A stretch of DNA of 44,054 nt from Acutalibacteraceae bacterium (lineage in GTDB: Bacteria; Bacillota; Clostridia; Oscillospirales; Acutalibacteraceae): the NCBI GenBank assembly GCA_045537315.1, contig JAZSPF010000042.1, positions 1-44,054 on the forward strand, written 5' to 3'. A model generated the notes under the pieces. That model was not told the DNA's origin, searched no databases, and worked only from the letters and a program-made list of their open reading frames with translations. Positions 8,915 through 17,121 of this stretch are shown here, piece after piece. The stretch's first letter is position 1. Every line of letters starts with the position of its first letter. Both the position numbers and the translations under genes were made by a program.

Positions 8915-9080
8915 ATGATATCCGTTTCTTGGGGAACGGGTGATATATCTTCGATATGATATCGCTCTGCGAGCGATGATATATGCCTGCGGCATATGAA
9001 GGAATGGATATTATATCATATTTGCAGAGCAAATATATCATACAGCTTGCTGTATATCATATCGCGTCAGCGATATATCA
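8915..9080. repeat. array of about 8 short hairpins with conserved (T)ATAT(CA) flanks and variable GC cores, period about 20 nt
   Basis: Examples: ATCGCTC-TGC-GAGCGAT, ATATGCC-TGC-GGCATAT, ATATTTGC-AGA-GCAAATAT, ATACAGC-TT-GCTGTAT, ATATCGC-GTCA-GCGATAT, CCGTT..AACGG. Units are separated by GATAT/ATATCA. Confidence 0.75.
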
Positions 9081-9135
9081 TTGAAAAGTATAAATAAAAG
9101 TATAAATTTTTGTGATATAATGTCGTTGAAAAGGG

Positions 9136-9420
9136 GTGATCCGCTTGAAAATTCACGGTGTAAAAAGAGAATGGTCAAGACCTTTTTGGGTACGGTTCAA
9201 GAAGCACTATTGTCCCTCTTGCAATGGTTTGCTTACAACAATTAAGGTTTCGAAGGTCGTTAATTCAAAATCTGAAGAAGCAAAGAACTTCGATTTTTCA
9301 TCCGGGGATACCTATATGGAGGGAAATATCAAATTTTTCTGGACAGAGTTTCTGTGTTCTGCCTGTGAAAAAACATATTCATTACATGAAATACGAGAGA
9401 GTGAGAAGAAGCATAGATAG
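9136..9420 (+). CDS. small zinc-ribbon protein (hypothetical)
   Basis: 94 aa with CPSC...CSAC cysteine pairs. GTG start preceded by AAAAGGGG. An extended -10 (TGATATAAT, 9114-9121) lies upstream. The start codon is uncertain. Confidence 0.5.
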   Translation: MIRLKIHGVKREWSRPFWVRFKKHYCPSCNGLLTTIKVSKVVNSKSEEAKNFDFSSGDTYMEGNIKFFWTEFLCSACEKTYSLHEIRESEKKHR

Positions 9421-9482
9421 ATTACACTACTTTTAGTCTTTTTTACCTCGGTTTATACTACTTTTGGTCAGTCTTTCGCACG

Positions 9483-9520
9483 AAAAAAGTCACATTTGTC
9501 TGCTTACAAATGTGGCTTTT
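9483..9520 (+). terminator. rho-independent terminator
   Basis: AAAAGTCACATTTGT-ctgctt-ACAAATGTGGCTTTT. Confidence 0.7.
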
Positions 9521-9536
9521 CTGTTAAAACAAACTA

Positions 9537-9565
9537 TTGTAAAGAAAGGAAAACTGTGGTATAAT
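9537..9565 (+). promoter_or_regulatory. promoter candidate (extended -10) for the ABC exporter operon
   Basis: TTGTAA, 17 nt, TATAAT preceded by TGTGG. Confidence 0.5.
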
Positions 9566-9598
9566 AATTTTAATTATAGATTTCGGGAGGCGTAAAGT

Positions 9599-10444
9599 TT
9601 GTCGTCAAAAGCTAAGGTCGGTGCTTACACCGATAAATTTATGAAATACCGCCACCTTTTGCGTGAGCTTGTTATAAAGAAAATAAAACTGCAGTACAGA
9701 AACTCTGTATTGGGCGTTTTCTGGACATTTTTACAGCCTCTGCTTACAATGATAGTTCTTACTATTGTTTTCAGCAATCTTTTCGGCAGAGATTCAAAGG
9801 AAGTAGTCAACTATCCTGTTTATCTGCTTACGGGTCGTCTGCTTTATGAGTTCTTTACTCAAAGCACAAAAAAGGCGATGAAGTCCATAAGAGGCAGTGC
9901 GTCTATTATTAAAAAGGTTTATGTGCCAAAATATATCTATCCCTTATCGGTGGTGCTTTCCACCTTTGTCACATTCCTTATTTCCCTTTCTGTGCTGGTA
10001 CTGGTTATACTTTTCTTTAACCTGACGGGCAGAGACCCCATACCTATGACCGGCTATGTGGCATTTGCCGTGGTACCTATAATAATTTTATTTATAATGT
10101 GCCTTGGCATAGGTATGTTCCTTGCAACTCTCGATGTTTTCTTTAAGGATATAGAAAATCTTTATGATGTTTTTACAATGCTTCTTTTCTATGTTACCCC
10201 CATTGTTTACACTATAGATAAGCTTGGCTTCAGCGAGGGCTCGTGGCAGGCTATGATACTCAGGCTCAATCCCCTTTGCGGCATAATAGATATGTTCCGT
10301 GCGGCAGTGCTTCACAGCGCAGATTTTGCTGCTTACTTCGACCCCTTCTCACTGATTTATTGCGGTGGTTTTGCTGTGGCAATTCTCCTTGTTGGTACAT
10401 TACTTTTCTATAAGCTTCAGGACAAATTTATTCTTCACATTTAA
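9599..10444 (+). CDS. ABC-2 type polysaccharide/teichoic-acid export permease (TagG-like)
   Basis: 281 aa with six hydrophobic segments and an N-terminal YRHLLRELVIKKIKLQYRNSVLGVFW motif typical of ABC-2 permeases. TTG start 8 nt after GGGAGG. Confidence 0.8.
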   Translation: MSSKAKVGAYTDKFMKYRHLLRELVIKKIKLQYRNSVLGVFWTFLQPLLTMIVLTIVFSNLFGRDSKEVVNYPVYLLTGRLLYEFFTQSTKKAMKSIRGSASIIKKVYVPKYIYPLSVVLSTFVTFLISLSVLVLVILFFNLTGRDPIPMTGYVAFAVVPIIILFIMCLGIGMFLATLDVFFKDIENLYDVFTMLLFYVTPIVYTIDKLGFSEGSWQAMILRLNPLCGIIDMFRAAVLHSADFAAYFDPFSLIYCGGFAVAILLVGTLLFYKLQDKFILHI

Positions 10445-10462
10445 GAAAGGCAGGCTGATGTT

Positions 10463-11206
10463 TTGAAAGAATATGCAATTGAAGTAAATCATGTCAGCAT
10501 GCTTTTCCGCCTTAACCGTGAGCGTGTTGACAGTGCAAAGGAATATTTTATAAGGCTCATTACGAGAAAGCTTCACTATACGGAGTTCTGGGCATTGAAG
10601 GATGTTTCCTTTAAAGTTGAAAAAGGCGACCGTGTAGGTGTTATGGGCTTTAACGGTGCAGGTAAAAGTACCCTTCTCAAAACCATTGCCGGGGTGCTCA
10701 AGCCCACAATGGGAAGCGTTAAGGTTGTTGGTACCGTTGCGCCTATGCTTGAGCTTGGTGCAGGCTTTGACCCTAACTATTCAGGCAAGGAAAATATCTA
10801 TCTTTACGGCACCACAATGGGCTTTTCAAGAAAATTTATAGATGAAAAATATGATGAAATTGTAGCATTCTCAGAGCTTGAGGAATTTATCAATGCTCCC
10901 TTAAAAAGCTATTCATCGGGTATGAAATCAAGACTGGGTTTTGCCATTGCTACGGCAGTGAAGCCCGATGTGCTTATTCTCGATGAGGTTCTCAGTGTAG
11001 GCGATGCCGCGTTTAAGGAAAAGAGCGAGCAGAGAATTCTCGACATGATGGACGACGGCGTTACGGTGCTTTTTGTTTCACACAGCACTGACAGAGTAAA
11101 AAAGCTATGCAACAAGGCCATTATCCTGACGAAGGGTCAGGTTGTGGCTCACGGCGAAGTGAACCAGATATGCGATATGTACACCGAAATGGTAAACAGC
11201 AAATAA
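10463..11206 (+). CDS. ABC transporter ATP-binding protein (TagH-like, short form)
   Basis: Walker A GFNGAGKSTL, signature YSSGMKSRLGFA, Walker B VLILDEVLSVGD. TTG start. Confidence 0.85.
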   Translation: MKEYAIEVNHVSMLFRLNRERVDSAKEYFIRLITRKLHYTEFWALKDVSFKVEKGDRVGVMGFNGAGKSTLLKTIAGVLKPTMGSVKVVGTVAPMLELGAGFDPNYSGKENIYLYGTTMGFSRKFIDEKYDEIVAFSELEEFINAPLKSYSSGMKSRLGFAIATAVKPDVLILDEVLSVGDAAFKEKSEQRILDMMDDGVTVLFVSHSTDRVKKLCNKAIILTKGQVVAHGEVNQICDMYTEMVNSK

Positions 11207-11230
11207 AAAAGCCCCATCCGGGGCTTTTTT
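11205..11230. terminator. bidirectional terminator between convergent genes
   Basis: AAAAAAGCCCC-atcc-GGGGCTTTTTT. Confidence 0.85.
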
Positions 11231-13008
11231 CAATTGCTGATTTTCTCAAAGTCTTCCGCACCGTGCTTGCAAAGAGGACAGACGAAATCTGCCGGCAGTT
11301 CTTCGCCCTCATAGATATATCCGCAGATTTTGCAGACATAGCCTTTTTTGCTCTCGGTTTTCGGTTGAGGTTTGACATTTGCGTGATAGTAGCTGTAGGT
11401 CATAGTTTCTTCGCCGCTGACAACCTTAGCCTCTGTCACACGGCAGATAAACATTCCGTGGGTGCCCAGGTCAACATACTGCTCAACTTCAAGTGACATA
11501 TAGCTGTTGATACATTTTGTCAGGTAGTAAAGTCCGTTTTCACTGCGCTTTGCATAGACATTCTCAAACTTATCGCAGTTTATGCCGCTTCTGAAGCCGA
11601 AGTTTTTGAAAAGCTCAAAGGGTGCTTCAGTTGTAAGAGTGCAGACATTCATCTTTTTTGTGTTTTTGATTATGTGGTGTGAATAGTTAGCCTTGTTGAT
11701 TGTTACGCTGACGCGGTTGGGCTGACTTGTAAGCTGTGAAACGGTGTTGACAATAAGGCCGTTATCCTTTTTGCCGTCACGGCAAGTAACTACATAAAGT
11801 CCGTAACCGATTTTGAAAAGAGCTGTCATATCGTCAGCCTCTTTTTTGTCGTACTCTGCCGTAAGCTCATCACTGAGTGCTTCAAGGGTCTTTGCGGAGT
11901 CTGCACTAAGCACGGATTTGAGTGTGACGGTGTTTTCGCAGAAGGTGAGATTTTTGCACACGGAAAGCTTGTCCGTCATTTTCTTTGCCGCAAGACTTGC
12001 CCATGTGCCGTTTTCTATAAGAGCGATTGTTCTGTTTTGGAATCCTCTTTCTGTCAGAGCATCAATAAATCTGTTCATAAAGGGGAAAATAGTGCCGTTA
12101 TAGGTAGTGGTGGCAAGCACAAGCTTATTATAGCGGAAAGCATCGCTGACGGCATAGGACACATCTTCTCTTGCAAGGTCGTGGAGAATAACCTCAGGAG
12201 CGCCCTTAGCTTTTAGCTTTTCTGCAAGTGAAAGCACAGCTGCTTTAGTACCGCCGTAAATTGATGTGTAGGCGATGACCACACCTTCTTTTTCGGGTGT
12301 ATATGATGACCACTTATCATAAAGGTTGATATAATGTCCGAGATTACCCATAAGCATGGGGCCGTGAAGGGGCAGGATTTTTTCTATGGGGAGTTCAGCG
12401 GCTTTTTTGAGCACCGCCTGCACCTGCGCACCGTATTTGCCCACGATGCCGAAATAATATCTTGCACTTTCTGCTTCCCATTCTTCGTCAGCGTCAACAG
12501 TGCCGAATTTACCGAAGCCGTCAGCAGAAAACAGCGCCTTATCTTTGCTGTCATAGGTCATCATAACCTCAGGCCAGTGCACCATAGGCGCGAAAACAAA
12601 TGTAAGCTCATGTTCGCCCAGTGAGAGGGTGTCGCCGTTTGCCACAACAAGGCGTCTGTCTTCATAGCTATCGCCGAAAAACTGTGAAATCATAGTGAAG
12701 GTTTTTGCGTTACCCACGATTTTTGCTTTGGGATATGCGTTCATGAAGTTTTTGATATTAGCCGAATGGTCAGGCTCCATATGCTGAACTATGAGATAAT
12801 CGGGAGCTTTGCCGCCGAGAGCCTTTTGAATGTTGTCAAGCCATTCGTGAGTGAATGAAGCTTCAACTGTATCCATAACTGCAACCTTTTCATCGATAAT
12901 GACATATGAATTATATGCCATGCCTTTTTCTACGGGATACTGCCCCTCAAAAAGAGTTATATTTTTATCGTTTACGCCTACATAAACAATGCTGTCTGTA
13001 AGTTTCAT
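11230..13008 (-). CDS. multidomain flavodiiron protein (MBL-fold diiron + flavodoxin-like + flavin-reductase-like + C-terminal rubredoxin)
   Basis: HMEPDHS diiron ligand motif and C-terminal CKICGYIY...CPLCKHG rubredoxin. Start trimmed to MKLTDSIVYVG at 13008, which has GGAGG 6 nt upstream. Confidence 0.85.
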   Translation of the reverse strand: MKLTDSIVYVGVNDKNITLFEGQYPVEKGMAYNSYVIIDEKVAVMDTVEASFTHEWLDNIQKALGGKAPDYLIVQHMEPDHSANIKNFMNAYPKAKIVGNAKTFTMISQFFGDSYEDRRLVVANGDTLSLGEHELTFVFAPMVHWPEVMMTYDSKDKALFSADGFGKFGTVDADEEWEAESARYYFGIVGKYGAQVQAVLKKAAELPIEKILPLHGPMLMGNLGHYINLYDKWSSYTPEKEGVVIAYTSIYGGTKAAVLSLAEKLKAKGAPEVILHDLAREDVSYAVSDAFRYNKLVLATTTYNGTIFPFMNRFIDALTERGFQNRTIALIENGTWASLAAKKMTDKLSVCKNLTFCENTVTLKSVLSADSAKTLEALSDELTAEYDKKEADDMTALFKIGYGLYVVTCRDGKKDNGLIVNTVSQLTSQPNRVSVTINKANYSHHIIKNTKKMNVCTLTTEAPFELFKNFGFRSGINCDKFENVYAKRSENGLYYLTKCINSYMSLEVEQYVDLGTHGMFICRVTEAKVVSGEETMTYSYYHANVKPQPKTESKKGYVCKICGYIYEGEELPADFVCPLCKHGAEDFEKISN

Positions 13009-13144
13009 TTCAATCCTCCTGAAAGTAAAGTGTAGATATACAGTATAATAAATTATTATTACATTATAAAGATTAACATTTTTCATAAAAAATTGCAACT
13101 AATTTTGAGAAAAATGAGCAAACTACTAAAGATTGAAAAAACTA

Positions 13145-13173
13145 TTGAAATTATCGTAATTTTTTCGTATGAT
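13145..13173 (+). promoter_or_regulatory. promoter candidate for the decarboxylase operon
   Basis: TTGAAA, 17 nt, TATGAT, about 105 nt upstream of the first ATG. Confidence 0.4.
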
Positions 13174-13279
13174 ATATAATAGCAAGAAGTTGGATTATTT
13201 GCTTTTATTTACCGTTATTATGTAAATCAATGCAGAAATTTATTCTCTGCGAAAACAATAAAAACATGGGGTGATTTTT

Positions 13280-14656
13280 ATGAAAGTTCAATTCACAGAA
13301 ACCATTCTGCGTGACGCCAATCAGTCTCTGATTGCAACGAGAATGCCCTTCGAGGCTTTTGAGCCTATCCTCGGAGAACTTGACAAAGCAGGCTACTATT
13401 CACTTGAATGCTGGGGCGGTGCAACCTTCGATTCATGTCTTCGTTATCTTAATGAAGATCCCTGGGAAAGACTCAGAAAAATCCGCAAGGCTTGTCCTAA
13501 CACAAAGCTTCAGATGCTCCTTCGCGGTCAGAACCTTCTCGGCTATAAGCACTATCCCGATGATGTTGTAAGAGCATTCATCAGAAAGTCAGTTGAAAAC
13601 GGCATTGACATTATCCGTATCTTCGACGCTCTCAACGACCTTCGTAATATCGAAGTGGCTGTTGACGAAACTCTTAAATGCGGCGCACATCCCTCAGGTA
13701 CAATCTGCTACACACTTTCACCTATCCATTCACTTGACAACTATGTTAAGCTGGCTAAGGATATGGAAAAGATGGGCGTTAAGTCAATCTGCATCAAGGA
13801 TATGGCAGGCATCATGGGACCCCAGGAAGCATATGACCTTGTTAAGGCTATCAAGGCTGAGGTTAAACTTCCCCTTGTAGTACACACACACTCAACAACA
13901 GGTCTCGGTGCTCTCACACTCCAGAAGGCAGTTGAAGCAGGCGCAGACGTAATTGATACAGCTATCTCATGCTTCTCAGGCGGCACATCACAGCCTCCCA
14001 CGGAAACACTTGTTTACGCTCTCAAGCAGCAGGGCTACGATGTTGACGTAAATATGGATTCACTCAAGAAGATCAATGACTTCTTTAAGCCCGTGAGAGC
14101 AAAGGCTCTCGAAAGCGGTCTTCTCAATCCTGTTGTGCTTGCAACAGATACAGACGCTCTCGTTTATCAGGTACCCGGCGGTATGCTCTCAAACCTTGTT
14201 GCTCAGCTTACAGCTGCCGGCAAGCTTGATAAGTTTGAGGAAGTTCTCGCAGAAGTGCCCAGAGTAAGAGAAGATCTCGGTTATCCTCCTCTTGTTACTC
14301 CCATGAGCCAGATGGTTGGTGTTCAGGCAACATCAAACGTTCTTGCAGGCGAGAGATATAAGAATATTTCAAAGGAAATCAAAAACTACTTCTTCGGCTT
14401 CTACGGCAAAGCGCCCGGTGAAGTTAATGCTGACCTCGCTAAGAAAATTCTCGGCGATGAAGAGCCGGTAACCTGCCGTTTTGCAGACACCCTTGAGCCT
14501 TACTTCGAAAAGGCTAAGGCTGAAATCGGCGACAAGGCTAAGAGCGACGAAGATGTACTTTCATACATCGCATTCCCCACCCAGGCAGAAGCTTTCTTTG
14601 ATAAGCGTGACGAAAAGGCAAGAAACACCTTCAAGTATACTATCAGAGAAGTATAA
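13280..14656 (+). CDS. oxaloacetate decarboxylase alpha-type carboxyltransferase (5S/pyruvate carboxyltransferase fold, no biotinyl domain)
   Basis: ILRDANQS and IKDMAG motifs of the HMGL-like carboxyltransferase family. About 458 aa and ends without an AMKM domain. Start taken at the ATG at 13280. Confidence 0.85.
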   Translation: MKVQFTETILRDANQSLIATRMPFEAFEPILGELDKAGYYSLECWGGATFDSCLRYLNEDPWERLRKIRKACPNTKLQMLLRGQNLLGYKHYPDDVVRAFIRKSVENGIDIIRIFDALNDLRNIEVAVDETLKCGAHPSGTICYTLSPIHSLDNYVKLAKDMEKMGVKSICIKDMAGIMGPQEAYDLVKAIKAEVKLPLVVHTHSTTGLGALTLQKAVEAGADVIDTAISCFSGGTSQPPTETLVYALKQQGYDVDVNMDSLKKINDFFKPVRAKALESGLLNPVVLATDTDALVYQVPGGMLSNLVAQLTAAGKLDKFEEVLAEVPRVREDLGYPPLVTPMSQMVGVQATSNVLAGERYKNISKEIKNYFFGFYGKAPGEVNADLAKKILGDEEPVTCRFADTLEPYFEKAKAEIGDKAKSDEDVLSYIAFPTQAEAFFDKRDEKARNTFKYTIREV

Positions 14657-14668
14657 GGAGGCCGGAAG

Positions 14669-15031
14669 ATGAATTTTATGAATTTATTAGCATCCGTTGC
14701 CATTATCGGCGGTGCTGATGGCCCCACAGCTATTACGGTGGCAGGCGACCTTCCTATTCCTGCAATTACGGTATCGGTTTTTGCGGTAGGTTTCATAGCT
14801 TATGTGTATATCATGAAAGCTATAAACGCAAAGAAGGCTCCCACAGAAATCAAAGCTGCATCCGTTGAAGTTGCACCCGTAGCAGCACCCGTGCAGGTTT
14901 ACACCGGTCCCGTGCTCAGCGGTGTTGAAGAAAAGGAAGCGGCAGTTATTATGGCTATTGTTTCAGATAAAACAGGAATTCCCCTTGAAAGACTTAAATT
15001 TAATTCAATTAAACTTATGGAGGATAAATAA
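14669..15031 (+). CDS. small membrane subunit, OadG/delta-like C-terminus with a beta-subunit-derived N-terminal segment
   Basis: 120 aa with AGGAGG RBS. The C-terminus [34 protein letters not shown] parallels the protein at 16761. The N-terminal [15 protein letters not shown] matches [15 protein letters not shown] in the beta subunit at 17122. Confidence 0.7.
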   Translation: MNFMNLLASVAIIGGADGPTAITVAGDLPIPAITVSVFAVGFIAYVYIMKAINAKKAPTEIKAASVEVAPVAAPVQVYTGPVLSGVEEKEAAVIMAIVSDKTGIPLERLKFNSIKLMEDK

Positions 15032-15033
15032 TC

Positions 15034-15414
15034 ATGAAATATGTTGTTAATTTAAACGGTAAAAATTACGAAGTAGAAGTTACAGAGCAGGAAGCAGTTG
15101 TAACAAACGTAAGTGCCGCAGCCGCAGCACCTGTAGCAGCTCCCGTTGCAGCACCTGCACCTGCAGCAGCTCCCGCACCCGCAGCACAGGCTGTTTCAGC
15201 AGAAGGCACAACAATTCCTTCACCCATGCCCGGCACAATCCTCGCTGTCAGCGTAAGCGTAGGACAGGCTGTCAAGGCAGGCGACGTGCTTATGGTACTC
15301 GAAGCTATGAAAATGGAAAACGATATCGTTGCTCCCTGTGACGGTACTGTAAAGCAGGTTCTTGTTTCCAAGGGTTCAACCGTTAACACAGACGACGTAC
15401 TTGCTGTTATCTGA
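15034..15414 (+). CDS. biotin carboxyl carrier subunit
   Basis: 126 aa with an Ala/Pro linker and the EAMKMEN biotinyl-lysine motif. Confidence 0.9.
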   Translation: MKYVVNLNGKNYEVEVTEQEAVVTNVSAAAAAPVAAPVAAPAPAAAPAPAAQAVSAEGTTIPSPMPGTILAVSVSVGQAVKAGDVLMVLEAMKMENDIVAPCDGTVKQVLVSKGSTVNTDDVLAVI

Positions 15415-15432
15415 GTACGGAGGTGTAATTAA

Positions 15433-16536
15433 ATGGCCGACTTACTCGCGAATTTTGCGACCCTTGAATTCAAGCAGGTTGCTATGTGGATCATAGGTGG
15501 TATTCTCATTTACCTTGCAATTAAAAAGGAAATGGAACCCTCCCTTCTTCTTCCCATGGGCTTCGGTGCAATTCTTATCAACCTTCCCAATTCAGGCGCA
15601 AAGCATATTATTGATGTTCTCTTCCGTTTCGGTATCGACAATGAGTTCGGTGAGCTTATGCCTCTGGTTCTTTTCATCGGTATCGGTGCAATGATTGACT
15701 TCACCCCGCTTCTGACCAATCCGAAGCTTATGCTGTTCGGTGCGGCAGCACAGTTTGGCATTTTCTTCACACTTTGTCTTGCTTCACTTATGGGCTTCGA
15801 CATAAAAGACGCTGCTTCAATCGGTATTATCGGTGCGGCTGACGGCCCCACAGCTATTGCTGTTTCAATGGAACTCGGTTCAAAATATGTGGGTGCAATT
15901 ATGGTTGCTGCTTACTCCTATATGGCTCTCGTGCCCCTGGTTCAGCCGCCAATCATCAAGCTCTGCACCACAAAGAAGGAACGTCTTATCCGTATGGATA
16001 ACACTGCAGGTAAGACTCCTTCAAGGGCAACAAAGATTCTTTTCCCCATAGTTGTTACAATTATTGTAGGTGTTGTAGCTCCCGATGCTGTTGCACTTAT
16101 CGGTTTCCTTATGTTCGGTAACCTTATCCGAGAGTGCGGTGTTCTCAACTCACTTTCAGAAACAGCACAGAAGGTTCTTGCAAACCTTATCACAATTTTC
16201 CTCGGCATCACAATTTCAGCGCGTATGCGTGCAGAGGAATTCCTCACGGTTGACACCTTACTTATTATCGGTCTCGGTCTGTTTGCATTCATTTTCGACA
16301 CCTTCGCAGGTGTTATGCTTGCAAAGCTTATGAACCTCTTTACAAAGAAGAAGATAAACCCCATGATTGGTGCAGCAGGTATTTCTGCATTCCCCATGTC
16401 AGCCCGTGTTGTTCATAAAATGGGTCTTGAGGAAGACAATCAGAACTTCCTTCTTATGCACTCAATCGGTGTTAATGTTTCAGGTCAGATTGCTTCGGTT
16501 ATTGCCGGCGGTCTCATACTTACATTCTTCAGCTGA
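15433..16536 (+). CDS. Na+-transporting decarboxylase beta subunit (OadB/GcdB/MmdB family), copy 1
   Basis: 367 aa polytopic membrane protein. Conserved IIGAADGPTAI and NPMIGAAGISAFPMSARV segments are shared with the paralog at 17122. Confidence 0.85.
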   Translation: MADLLANFATLEFKQVAMWIIGGILIYLAIKKEMEPSLLLPMGFGAILINLPNSGAKHIIDVLFRFGIDNEFGELMPLVLFIGIGAMIDFTPLLTNPKLMLFGAAAQFGIFFTLCLASLMGFDIKDAASIGIIGAADGPTAIAVSMELGSKYVGAIMVAAYSYMALVPLVQPPIIKLCTTKKERLIRMDNTAGKTPSRATKILFPIVVTIIVGVVAPDAVALIGFLMFGNLIRECGVLNSLSETAQKVLANLITIFLGITISARMRAEEFLTVDTLLIIGLGLFAFIFDTFAGVMLAKLMNLFTKKKINPMIGAAGISAFPMSARVVHKMGLEEDNQNFLLMHSIGVNVSGQIASVIAGGLILTFFS

Positions 16537-16553
16537 TAAAGGAGGAAAAGGAT

Positions 16554-16703
16554 ATGAATTTTGCTATTGATTTTGATGCTTTCCTTGCCTCTCTTCCTTA
16601 TATGGGCAAAGGAATGCTCGGCATCTTTGCGGTAACAGCCGTTATCGTACTTTTCGTTAATGCACTCAACAGCTTACCCGAAAAGAAAGACAAAGAAGAC
16701 TAA
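16554..16703 (+). CDS. 49-aa single-TM peptide, OadG N-terminal-like (below the ORF-track size cut-off)
   Basis: My own translation: MNFAIDFDAFLASLPYMGKGMLGIFAVTAVIVLFVNALNSLPEKKDKED. AAGGAGG lies 7-8 nt upstream. It is the last ORF before the terminator. Confidence 0.55.
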   Translation: MNFAIDFDAFLASLPYMGKGMLGIFAVTAVIVLFVNALNSLPEKKDKED

Positions 16704-16710
16704 TTATTTT

Positions 16711-16742
16711 ATGAGGCTGTCGCCCCGATAGCCTCATTTTTC
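16711..16742 (+). terminator. rho-independent terminator after the first decarboxylase module
   Basis: ATGAGGCT-gtcgccccgat-AGCCTCAT followed by TTTTT. Confidence 0.7.
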
Positions 16743-16760
16743 AGAACAGGAGGAACGAAA

Positions 16761-17120
16761 ATGCTTTTATTAAGCAGTTCTTTAAAGATGCCTTTAAGCG
16801 AAGCACTCGCTGTTTCGGCTATAGGCATAGTGACAGTTATGCTTATTCTTGCAATTATTGCAGGTCTTATAATTTTAGTCTCAAAGGCAATAAGAGCAAT
16901 TGAAGCAAAAACTGCCAAGGCTCCCGAAGCCAATGTACCGGCTGCAGCGGCAGAGTCCACTGCACCGTATGTTTCACAGGGTCAGGTGGAGCTTATTGAC
17001 ACAGACGAAAAAACAGCCGCAGTTATTATGGCTATTGTCAGCAAAAAAAGCGGCATCCCTCTTGAAAGACTCAGCTTTAAGTCAATAAGACTTATGGACG
17101 AAAAGAAAGGAGACAAATAA
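16761..17120 (+). CDS. decarboxylase gamma/delta-like small membrane subunit, copy 2
   Basis: 119 aa with an N-terminal TM and an Ala-rich linker. C-terminus is [42 protein letters not shown]. Confidence 0.7.
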   Translation: MLLLSSSLKMPLSEALAVSAIGIVTVMLILAIIAGLIILVSKAIRAIEAKTAKAPEANVPAAAAESTAPYVSQGQVELIDTDEKTAAVIMAIVSKKSGIPLERLSFKSIRLMDEKKGDK

Positions 17121-17121
17121 G

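Noticed and set aside
8853-9041. 62-aa minus-strand ORF overlapping the tRNA-Thr 3' end, its terminator and the hairpin array.
   Set aside because: It overlaps a tRNA and a terminator, has no RBS, and its reading frame is created by the AT-rich palindromes.
11230-13098. N-terminal extensions of longest ORFs: FDP to 13098, HAD to 2492, NfeD to 19071, fba to 22655, carboxyltransferase to 13271 and acyltransferase to 38940.
   Set aside because: Internal starts have proper GGAGG-type RBS spacing. They remove overlaps with neighbouring genes or promoters and coincide with the beginning of the conserved domain.
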